A stretch of DNA of 64,000 bases, taken from positions 1-64,000 of the forward strand of contig MU626324.1 of assembly GCA_025603075.1 (NCBI GenBank), in the 5' to 3' direction. This DNA comes from Neoconidiobolus thromboides FSU 785 (lineage: Eukaryota; Fungi; Entomophthoromycota). A program made the position numbers and the translations under genes. Below are positions 14,185 to 25,475 of this stretch, piece after piece. Each line of letters begins with the position of its first letter. Within the stretch, counting starts at the first letter, position 1. The notes under the pieces are model-generated. The model was not told the origin of the DNA, did no database searches, and worked only from the letters and a program-made list of their open reading frames with translations.

Positions 14185-14284
14185 AGGGATATATTTTTGT
14201 ATTTAAGAATTTTACTAACAATTCTTCGACTCAAAAGTGCTTAAAAAATGGGAAAAGTAATGAAGCCCCAAGAAAGGCACCCCC
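14185..14284 (-). mobile_element. MITE copy 3
   Basis: Reverse orientation, flanked by ATAT/ATAT. Confidence 0.85.
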
Positions 14285-15208
14285 ATATGGAGCTTAAAAA
14301 AGAGTATAAATTTTTAATAGCTTATATTGATATTAGTAATTTTTGAATTAGTTGTTTAAACAATAATGATAAAAACTAATATAGCTGATATTATTGCTTT
14401 TATACTATATACATATTACTATTAAATTTAAAGAAAAAACCAGGGGATATTAAATTATATCAACCAAGGGAAGTTATCAAACCAAATGATATTAATGATA
14501 TCAAAGAATCTATTATTATAGATAATATTGAATTTAGAATTAAAATAAAAGTAATTATAATTTAATCAAAACAAATCAATATAGATAAACGATTTACTCA
14601 TTGTTCTTTAGCATTAATATGATACTCATAATGGAAATAATGATAAATATTTTGATATTTATAATAGTAGTTTTCATATATTAAAAGAGTTTTTAGCTGT
14701 GTTCCTTTCAATCAAAAATATATGTAAAAGATAGTTCTTTTAAATAAATTGAAATAACTGAAATATACTATTATTTAATTATATCTAACTACTTAAGTCT
14801 TATGATATTATGAAAAAAACCAAAAATATTGAACCTAGTTTTTATTAATTTGTTAATGAAATTGAATCTAGTTTAATTTATTTTCGCTAGAATTTTCAAT
14901 TAAAGATGGAACTTCTAGTAAAAATATAGTTGTTGCAACCCTTTTACAACTTATTTAACGGTAGTTTTTATAAGTGAATTTTTGAACAACTGATTTTTTT
15001 AAAAGTATGATTCAATTAGCAGAGTTTTAATCTTTTTAGTAGCATATTTAAGGATAAATTCATATTAAAAAAGAACTGCAACAGTTTTAATAATCAATCA
15101 AGAACTAAGCTAATACTAAGAAATTAATAAAATGACAGCATTTTAAAAGTGGCAAAAAAATATTTTTAAAACTTTTAATTTCAATTAACTTAATTTCAAT
15201 TTCCAATA

Positions 15209-16247
15209 ATGCCAACAAAAGGTGAAGAAACAAGTATCAATCCTGCAAGAAGAACACGTAATTGGGCATTAAGAAGTAATCCAATACAAAGGACAGATTC
15301 AGCACCAATTACAACTAGCTCCACTTTACCTAAAAAAAATTCCATTAGTTATCAATCAAGTATAAGAAATGCTAGTGTTTCTAATAGTCCAACAATATCC
15401 AAAGATAATCTATTAATAACTTCAAATAACTTGAGAAGTCCTAATAAGAATACAATTAATTACAGTCAATTGGAAGAAAATGATCAAAAGAGAGAAAATG
15501 AGTATAGATGTCCATTTTGTAATTCATGTTTTATAAGCGAATATACTATCAATAAGCATATCAACGAACAACATCCTGATTTTTCACCAAAAATAAAAAA
15601 GGAAAGTAATAAAAGTATATTTGATTCGGATTCCGAAGAAGATGTTCTTGGAGAAGCTATTAATTGGATTAAACAAAAACATCAAACTATCATTAAACCT
15701 ATACAAAAACAAACACCTAATTTACAGCAAATTCAAAAATTAGTAAGAGGAGATCATCCGGATATCGTATTTGATAAACATCTTAAAAGAGAAAATTCAG
15801 TACAATCAAATAGTAATATGGGGAATGAAACTACTATTAAAACAAGTCACTATAAAAATGTTAATCAAGCTAAAAATTGTTTTGATAAAAATTGTAATAA
15901 AACATTGGGATTATTATCAGGAAAAGTCAATTGTAAAAGGTAAATTATTTTTTATTTTAATAATGTTATTCTTAATATTAATATAATAGATGCGGAGAAG
16001 TATATTGTGAAGAACATAGTGATTTTTCAATGAAATTGGACAAGAATGCAATACACGATCCTGTCAATGGATTATGGTATAAAGTATGTTTTGATTGTTA
16101 TAAAAGTAAAGCCAATTATAAAAATGAACAAATAATAACTCGGGATCTTACTTTAAACTTTAAAACAATAAGAAGAAAAGTAGTAGATAAATTACAATTA
16201 GAAACTAATAGATTAGATACTAGATTAAAAAAATTAGCTTTAATTCA

Positions 16248-16292
<45 letters not shown>

Positions 16293-17279
16293 GTTTGGTT
16301 CTATTAAAAAGAATACAAATAGATTAGCAGAACAAGCTATTGTCCCCTGGCAACCAGATGAAGAAGTTAATAATTGTCCTTATTGTCTTCGAGTATTTAA
16401 TAGAATAACTTTACGTAAACATCATTGTAGATTATGTGGTAAAGTAATTTGTAGTAATATCAAATGTTCATCTAAAATAGATTTAAGTTCATTGATTGAG
16501 AAAGGTAAATTAGTATATTTTAAGAAATAAATTTTATTATTAAATATTAATTCAACATTTTGTTTTATTTAGTAAATACCAATTCAATGAATAAATTAGA
16601 AATACTTTGTTGCCAAGAATGTCGTAAAATAGTACTAAAAAAACAAGAAGTCTTGAATTTTAAAAAAGAAGATTTAACATTAATAAGAAATTATAATCAA
16701 TTAAAAAGATATCAAACGATAATTCAAAAATCATTACCTAAATTCAATTCACTCATTTATTCTATTAAAAGTAAAGCATCATTTAATGAACAAGATAATG
16801 AAGTTCAATCTGCATTAATAATAAGAAAAGAATTATTAACTACTTTTTCCCAATTTGAAACTTCATTACAAAGTTTCAAAAGAATCCCAACTAATAATCA
16901 TTTACAACAAAGATTATGTCAAGGTATTATTACTGAAGCTATTCAATTTTTACAAGCTAACACAGTGTCTCTATCAATGTTACCTAAATTACTAAATCAA
17001 AATCAAAAGTTAAATAAATCTATTGCTACCCCAACTTCTAAAATTAATGTTGTTAGTTTAAATACAGAAGCCAATTTGGATTTATTGGACAATAATTTAA
17101 ATCCAGATTTATTTGTTTTAAAACAACAATTAGATGTATTTGAAGAACAAAAATTCAATTTAATAGCATTTATTGAAGCAGCTACTAAAGAACGTAGACT
17201 GGACGATGTGAGAAATTTGTCTTTAAATTTAAAGGAATTAGAAGATGAAATTCAATTATTAAAAAATAAAATTAAATAA
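15209..17279 (+). CDS. PEP7: PEP7/VAC1 (rabenosyn-5-like) FYVE zinc-finger vacuolar sorting protein
   Basis: Exons 15209-15939, 15990-16505, 16573-17279. Has a C2H2 finger (CPFC...HINEQH), a degenerate FYVE, a canonical FYVE (WQPD...RKHHCRLCGKVIC) and a C-terminal Rab-binding motif (EAATKERRLDDVRNLSLNLKEL). Confidence 0.88.
16252..16290 (+). repeat. (AAT)13 coding microsatellite (poly-Asn) in PEP7
   Basis: 39 nt of AAT in frame between the two FYVE-like domains. Confidence 0.92.
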
Positions 17280-17354
17280 TAAGAATTAATATTTGGATTT
17301 ATTTCTTTAGCTATTAAAAATAATTTATTAATCTAAACCTTAAAAATAGCAAAT

Positions 17355-17453
17355 GGGGATGTCTTTTTTGACTTCATCACTTTTTCCATCTTTTGAGCGC
17401 TACTTAAGCGGAAAATTTATTAGTAAAATTCTTAAGCACAAAAATACATCCCC
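17355..17453 (+). mobile_element. MITE copy 4
   Basis: GGGGATGT...ACATCCCC termini, flanked by AAAT/AAAT. Confidence 0.9.
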
Positions 17454-17586
17454 AAATATTGAATAATAATAATATCAAAAATTTATAAAAAAAAAGATTC
17501 AAAATAATTATAAATAAAGCCTCTATATTAAATTAAAAAAAACTAATTCTTCCCCTTTTTCAAATCTATCTTTAACTCATCTATTT

Positions 17587-19317
17587 CTACCATTCAAGTT
17601 TACTAGCTTTTTCTGCTAATTTAACTGCCTCTTGGTTTTTTTCTTGAATTTTTAATTTACGATCTAATAACTCGGCCATAGTTACTTCATCTTTTTGGAT
17701 TTGGTCAAAATGTTGAATTGTTTTAATATCTTGTGGCATATCACCATGAACTTTACGCTATTAATTAACAAATTAGTAATTCATTCCTTTATTATTCAAA
17801 ATTAAAATACTTACAATTCTATTAGCATGGCCAATACCCAATCTAACAAATATAAATATAAATATAAATCAATAAAGTTGAAATTAAAATTAAAATTAAG
17901 TTCTCATATCACTTACTTTGGCAATCCTCTATTTAAACCTTCTAAAAGAACACAAGCTTTACATAACTGATTACTTGACATATACCCACATCTTTCACAT
18001 GTTTCTTTATAATATATAAAAATTAAATATCTATTTTAACCTTATTTTTTATAAGAATTTAAAACTTACTTTGAGTTGGTAATTTAATATTTGTTTTGAG
18101 TACAAAAGCTTCACCAGAATGAATAACATCTGAAAAATAATAAAATTTAACAAATCAGAATAATGCAAGAATTAGAATATTTACCCAAAATACTAGTAGC
18201 TCGAATAGCTTCTAAATCCTTTAAAAAAACTCGAGCATGACCTCTATAAGCATTAGGTGAATAGATACACTCTGTTGAAAAATAATCCAAATTTTTGAAA
18301 TAAGCGTACCTAAAAACTTATATTAATTCTTTTTCTTTTCCCTTTATGACTACTCTATAGTAGCTAATAAATTCATTTACATAACAATTTCTTTTTCATA
18401 AGTATATTTAAAAGGTTTGGATCTTTTCATACCCGATTCACCAGATGTTACAATTTCCGTACATCTTTGTAATCGTGCAATATCACCTCTTAACACTAAT
18501 TTTATTGAGTATTAGTATTTACATTAACAATAAAATAAAATAAAAGTTTTTAGAATGATGATTTTTTTTTGATCGTTTCAGTTTTTTTTAACTTACCATT
18601 CATTAATATAGTTTCTGCAATATCATCTGCATTATGACCGGTAACAATATGATGAACATCTAACATTGTAGCTCCTCGATCTAATGCTTGTCTTCTAAAA
18701 ACACCACAAAAAGTGCCTAAAGATTCAATCAATTAAATTAATATAATTTTATAACTCAATAAATGAAAACAACTTACAATTATTTTTTCTACCCACTTGT
18801 TTAACAATATCATCCATAGACCACTCATATAACTCTTTATAAGACACGATTTTTAATGGTAAATCATATTGTTCTTTATTTCTTTTAACCGTCTATAAAT
18901 TGATAATTAAGTTTTTATTAATTTAATTTTATATTTAAATTATTTGTATCTTACCTCTAAAGAATCATCTCTATAACCAGTAATACCTTCATCAACTGAA
19001 AGAAGAATTAATTCAAGTCCATAATCATATCTATCGTTAAGTAATTTCATTATATAAGCTAAGACTGTCGAATCTAAATAAAATAAATTATCAATAAATA
19101 ATATTTAGTTTACTTAATATTAAAATAATTTACCTTTTCCGCCAGAAGCACCAATGGCCACTCTATCATTACGTTGAAATAAATTATTATCTGTAATCGT
19201 ATTATGAATCTCAGTTTCAAAGACTAAAAAAAAACATGATTTGCAAATTGGTTGCCCTGTTTTTGGTCGCTTAATGATCGCTTTTGAGACTTGACATAAG
19301 GCACATGTTTTAGCCAT
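17587..19317 (-). CDS. NCS6: Cytoplasmic tRNA 2-thiolation protein 1 (NCS6/CTU1), multi-exon
   Basis: N-terminal CxxC (CALC, CKSC), PP-loop ASGGK|[26 protein letters not shown] and a C-terminal [16 protein letters not shown]; the final exon ends EW* at 17587. Confidence 0.94.
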
Positions 19318-19536
19318 TTTTTATTAGTAATTGGTAAATTTGTAATATTTTCAAAAAGAAAAATAAAATTTGAGATTTAATGGATCAAATTTGAAGCTGA
19401 GGAAATGTTATTAAATTTAAGAAATTTTGCAAATGGATGAACTATTGCAAAAAGTTTGAAATTAGGATATATGGTAAAAGTGGCACCAATTAAAAAACAA
19501 CATTGATTTTGATTTTATAAATTTTCTATTAAAATA

Positions 19537-20206
19537 ATGGTAATATCTCATTTAATAACCATCTTCATTCACTTATTAAAGTATCCTATTTTAGACAAAT
19601 CCTCCAATAAATTCCAATCTCATTGAAACTTATTTTAAAGCCATCGAATTGGGTGATAGTGATTCTGTTCGAGAGATCTTAGAAAAAGAACGAAATTTGA
19701 CTAAAATTAAAAGGAGAGGCGAATATCAATATGATACTTCTATTGAACTTGATGCTTATAAATTTCTTGGTGCTTATTTAGGCGCTGTTTCCGGTCTACA
19801 ACTTGCATTATTGCTTGGTTATGATTCAATTGCTAGAGATATTGCAGATATTACCTTTGATCAAGGTAAGTAATTAAAATTTTAATAATAATAATTTTAA
19901 TTTAATGAGTGATTAATTGGATTATTAGATTTAAATATGATATTTGGGGTAAATTAAATTTAATCTTTAGTTAATTTAAAAAAGAAAATTATATCAATAA
20001 CAGAATATTGATAATCTAACTTTTTTATATTTATTTTATAGGATAATAATACAACATTACATTTGGCCGCTTTTTTAGAAAACAAAGAAATGGTTCAAAG
20101 TTTACTAGAAAGAGGAGCAGATGCTAATGCTAAAAATGGTAAGGGATTTACTCCCTTAGATGTCTCAAATGACAGTCAAGTATCCAAATTATTGTCAAAG
20201 AATTAA
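19537..20206 (+). CDS. Small ankyrin-repeat protein
   Basis: Exons 19537-19539, 19595-19865, 19929-19948 (20-nt micro-exon) and 20042-20206 give ...DQDLNMIFGDNNTTLHLAAFLENKEMVQSLLERGADANAKNGKGFTPLD, which is an ankyrin consensus. Confidence 0.82.
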
Positions 20207-20558
20207 GGGGTTTCTAAGGGTAAATTAATTGGATTTTAGTAATAAAGAGGCTTTTTTCATATTGAAAGGTAACTGTAAATTGACTTAGAGGGATTGTTAC
20301 ATATTTTAAATATTAAATTTAGTATTAATAATAATTTATCAAATCAATTTCACTTAATTATTACTTTTAAAGAATTTATTATATTAAATAGTCGTAGAAA
20401 ATAAATAAGAGTAATTTTTATTAATAATGATACCATTTGAAATTAATTTTACTATAAGATTTTAAAATACTTTTATTTCAAATTTATTTCAAACTTATTT
20501 TTATGAAAAAAGTAGAACTATTTTTTACTTATTTCTCATTGAAAATCATCTTTGAAAA

Positions 20559-21220
20559 ATGATAAGAATTGATCAATTATGTAATTACCGTTATAGATTG
20601 AACTTGCCCTTTATTAAGAAAACAGTTAATACCTTACTATTATCAACAAAATACCCTAAATGGTCTATTGGTGTACAATTTATTAACTATGAACAAATGA
20701 AAGAACTGAATTTAGAATATCGAAATAAAAATAAATGTACTGATATTTTATCATTTCCATTTCATGAAGTAAGATTAATCAATTAATAATTATTTAATAA
20801 ATTAACCTGTTTTCTCTTATTCTAGCCGTTAACTCCAGGTAGTTTACCTTCCCCAGAAAGCCTAACAACTGATTTATCAATACAACAAAGTTATCAAGAT
20901 TTAGGGGATATTTATTTATGTTTAGAATACATTGAACTCAATTCCAAAACTCTTGATTATACAATGGAGAGCCGATTACCTATTTTATTAACTCATGGTA
21001 TTACTCATTTAATGGGTTATGAACATGAAGAAGAAAAACAATACTTTGAAGTAAGTAAAAAAAAGGAAGATAGAAAAGAAGGAAATGGAGTAATTTAAAA
21101 CAATTTATTAATATTACTTTTTTTTAGATGAATAAAGTGGAAAATGAAATGTTATTAAAATATTGGTGGTGGAGAATGGGAAAGAGAGAATTAATTAAAG
21201 AACAATACTTTTTGAAATAA
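20559..21220 (+). CDS. YBEY: YbeY/UPF0054 endoribonuclease (rRNA maturation factor)
   Basis: Exons 20559-20768, 20826-21050, 21128-21220. Motifs YRNKNKCTDILSFP, DLGDIYLC and the Zn-binding H-x3-H-x5-H (HGITHLMGYEH). Confidence 0.9.
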
Positions 21221-21506
21221 GAAGAGATAAAAGGTGATAAAATAATACTATAATAAAAATAGAATCTATAAGTTAATAAAAATTTAATTTAATTTAATTT
21301 AATTTAATTTAATTTAATTTTTTAATAAATATAAAAATAATAATTTTGAGATCAAATTATTATTCAGTGATTTTAGATAATATTATCATATTATCTAAAA
21401 CACAAATTATTTTTTTAAATTTTGATTCAATTGATTTAAAAAAGTAGTTGTAAATTTACTCGTTTTTTGATATTGCTTAGTTAGATCGATATTAATATCT
21501 TCTAAT

Positions 21507-21769
21507 TTAGGTAGTTTTGGTAAGCCTATTAACTAGGAATCAATAACAATTCAGTTTAGTTGATTGTTTTTTATTTTACCTTCATTTTGTAATTGAGTTA
21601 CTCTACGATGGGTTATTCGTGCTATTCCATGTAATACTTTACTTTCTATTAACTTCAGAGAAAAGATTAGTATAAACAGTATTATTATTATTATTGTTAT
21701 TATTATTATTACTTTTTGTGTTAATTGTCTTTCAATAAGTTCTACTAATGCTTTATTAAATAAACTCAT
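21507..21769 (-). CDS. 51-aa microprotein resembling Mrx7/NCBP2AS2-type small proteins
   Basis: Exons 21713-21769, 21580-21652 and 21507-21532 with canonical introns give MSLFNKALVELIERQLTQKLIESKVLHGIARITHRRVTQLQNEVNRLTKTT*. The family resemblance (KLxxSxxxHxxxRxxxxxV) is by eye only. Confidence 0.6.
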
Positions 21770-21965
21770 TTTGAATATGAATTTTTGTTAAAAAAAAGAT
21801 TATTAAATCAATTGGAATGAATTTTATTTCAAAATAGGGAAAATTGAGTTGATGACAATAATCAGTTTTTTTTCGAATTTCTATTGGTCAATTGACAAAT
21901 AATTTTAAAATTCAAATATTAATATTCAAAAGTTTCAATATTAATCTCTCTTTAATAAAAATAAG

Positions 21966-22902
21966 ATGGGCATATCACAAAATACAGAGATTAATTTAAA
22001 TCCTAAAGATTCTAATAATATACTATACAAATATCATCAATTTATTAAATTAAGTGAAGATGTTGTTAATTCAACTGATAATAAAGATATTAAATTGTTA
22101 AATTCAATAAAAGAGTTAACGAATTTAACTAATAATAATAATAATAACAAAATTAAGAATAATAAAGAGAATAACAAAGAAAATGATAATAAAGAGAATA
22201 AGATTAATTTGAAGAAAATCATTAATAATAATAATTTGTCGATTTATAAAGGTTATTTAAATGGGTTAAAGGAATTAAATGTGGTAAGTATTATTATAAT
22301 ATATTTTATTTATCTATTATTATATACATTATTTATTATTAGAGTATTATTAATTTAGAAAAATGTATTCAAAGTAATATTACTCAATGTAATAAAATCG
22401 AAACAGAGATTAATTGTAATAAAATTAAAGCAGAAAATATGTATACTTTGATTAGTGAAATTGAAGAAAAAAATCAATCAAAAAAGAAAGAATATTCAAC
22501 AATTATTAATTTTTTAAAAGAATATACATTAAGTGAAACCGAGATTCAATATATCTCAGAAAAAGAAGTCGATAAAAAATATATTGAATTAAGTAATAAA
22601 TTACAAACAATAGAAACACAAATGAAAAATATTAAAGAAAAAGATCAATTTGGTAAATTATCTCAAGAAATTAATAATTTTATTACAATTTATCGTACGA
22701 TTACAAATAATAAAATTATACAATATTTAATATTACAAATAAAACAAAATGAGTTAGATACATTAGATTATTATAATTCAATATTAATCGAAGCTATTAA
22801 AATTTTATGGTCAAATCAAAAAGAATTTAAAGAGTTTTTAAATTTAATTTATGATATTAGAATACAACATTTAAGTTATCAATTAAATTTAATATTAAAG
22901 GG

Positions 22903-22937
<35 letters not shown>

Positions 22938-23101
22938 TAAATAATATAAATAATAATGAAGATTATTATAATAATAATAATAGACCATTAGATATGTATA
23001 TTGCAGATCCAATTAAATATCTAGGTGATTTATTAGCTTATTTACATCAATTTTTAATTGAAGAAAAAGATTTATTATTTAATTTGTTTTTATTAAATCA
23101 A

Positions 23102-23185
<84 letters not shown>

Positions 23186-23543
23186 GATATTACACCGATA
23201 ATACAATTAATAGATCGAATATTTAATACTCTATTGAATAATATATTACAACAAATGAATAATATAATTAAAGAAATTAATAATCTATCATTAATTTATC
23301 AATTATGTCAATTAATGGAATTTTATTATAAACTATATTTTAAAGTATTTTTAAATTTCAAAGAAATAGAATTTTTAATAGAAATTAATAATTTAATTCA
23401 TTTTTGTTATCAACATTTTTATTTAATATTAGATGATCAAATTACTTTTCTTCTAGCTTCTGCTGATGTTCCAAATGAAGAATTAAGTGTTCCAGATAGT
23501 ATTAGAATTTGTTTAGAAGATTTTAAAAAAATTGTGAATTTAT

Positions 23544-23577
<34 letters not shown>

Positions 23578-24468
23578 AATATCAAAAATAAAAGAGAATA
23601 AAGAGGATAAAGAAGGAGATATAATAAAAGAAGAAAATTTCATATCAGAATTAATCAATAAAATGATATATCCTTTAATTCAATTATGTGAAAGAGAATC
23701 CAGTTATTTAATTAAAGAAAATGAAAAATCAATTTATATAATTAATTGTTTAATATTCATAAAACTTCATTTAAAATCGAATTATGAATTAGATTTAAAT
23801 ATCTTTTTAAATTTAGATAATATTATTCAAATGCATTTTGATACTTTAATTGAATTACAAGTAAGTTTTATTAATTTTAATTTAATAAAGATAATATTAT
23901 TAATGATAATTTGTTTTAGTGTGACTATTTATTAACTATGGCTGGTTTAAAAGAACTAGAAGTAAGTTTATTAATAATATATAATTTAATTTAATTTAAT
24001 TTAATTTAATATTTAACTTGTTATTAATAGGAAGATGGATTAAAATATCAAGAATTACTTACCCTCATTATGTCAAATGAAAATAGTAATATTAATGAAG
24101 AAGCTTCAATTCAAGATTTCTTAATCTCTATAATCTTTGAAAATACACCAATTTACCTTCTTAGTTTTAAAAAAATGGAAACTTTTTTGTATACTGTTGA
24201 TTTAGATGATCCCAATTTTGATGAACTAAAATTCAATCGATTAAATTTAATAGAAAAAAAACAAATATTCGAATTAAAAAAGAAAGCAATTAAGTTGTTT
24301 TTAAATAAGTATGCAATGTTATATCCATTCTTAAAGAAATTGATCGAAGTGGAAATAAACGAAGTAAAAGAAGATAAAAAGGTAGAGAAGGAATTTTTAA
24401 AATTAAAAGAGTGTAGATTAAGATCTGTAGAAGAGTTAGATACTTTATTATTTATACCAGATGTATAA
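21966..24468 (+). CDS. COG6: Conserved oligomeric Golgi complex subunit 6, with poly-Asn insertions
   Basis: Exons 21966-22283, 22343-23860, 23920-23961, 24031-24468. Motif DPIKYLGDLLAYLHQ, then LLTMAGL and a C-terminal RSVEELDTLL. Confidence 0.85.
23102..23179 (+). repeat. (AAT)26 coding microsatellite (poly-Asn) in COG6
   Basis: 78 nt of uninterrupted AAT in frame. Further shorter AAT tracts lie near 22903-22980 and 23545-23575. Confidence 0.95.
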
Positions 24469-25377
24469 AAAATAAATTAAGAACAATTATAATTAAATTT
24501 GAAATTAAGAATTCTAAATTACAACTCACAAATTCAATTTTAGTTTTGTGTTGATTTATTTTGAATATTACTTTAATAATAAAATTAATGATATCATAAA
24601 ATGAATTTTTAATATTATAAACTGATATATTCGTTTCAATAAATTAAAATCAGTTTGGTAATAATTTTAACCAAATGGAATATACTCTTTTATGTAAACC
24701 TAATAGTACAATATATCTAAGTAAGCCTTAAGGATTTTGAGGTTTTCAAGCTCAATGCCATATCAACTAATAAGTTGGCATGTAATTAAGTCAAAGTAAG
24801 TCCAATGTTTAATCAAGGATGATATTAAGTTTTAAAATTTTCCTTAACAAATGTAAGTTAAATAATATACATTAAATTAAGCCAATTGAATTAATAGAAC
24901 TAATAAAACTAATAGAACTTAAAAGAACAGTTTATTTCCAAAAACAAAAAAGCGTTTAATGAAAAGAGACCTTATTGAATGAAATTCAATCAAATATATA
25001 CTTTTTGTAAGTATGAAATTCATTAATTTACTATACTTTATATTCATACTTAATATAGATGGCATTAAATGTTAATAGTAACTTTAGTATTAGTCTTGTT
25101 TATATCATTTTCCAAAATATAGTCAACTTTTATTAAATCTTGTTGAATTAGCGTATTAAATTTTAGAAAGTAAATGATTTGAATAATAATTCTAATAAAA
25201 AGAATGAATATTATAATTATTGTTTACTGTTGCAATTGTATATCACTATGATTTTAAAATTATCAGAAGTATAAACAAGTTTGTGGAAATAAATTATATT
25301 TGGATTTAAGTTATGGTTTATATCATTTACTCTATTCATTATTATTGATATTTGTTTTGTCTAGGATAGATAATAAT

Positions 25378-25475
25378 GGGAATATATTTTGTGTTTAAGA
25401 ATTTTACTATCGATTTTTCCGTTTAAATAGCGCTTAAAAGATAGAGAAAGTGATAAAGCCAAAAAAAACACTCCC
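25378..25475 (-). mobile_element. MITE copy 5
   Basis: Reverse orientation; flanks TAAT/ATAT do not match. Confidence 0.8.

Noticed and set aside
13830-14288. CRISPR-like reading of the clustered repeats
   Set aside because: The repeats are ~99 bp, dispersed, in both orientations and carry TSDs. There are no regular unique spacers and no cas genes, and the context is eukaryotic.
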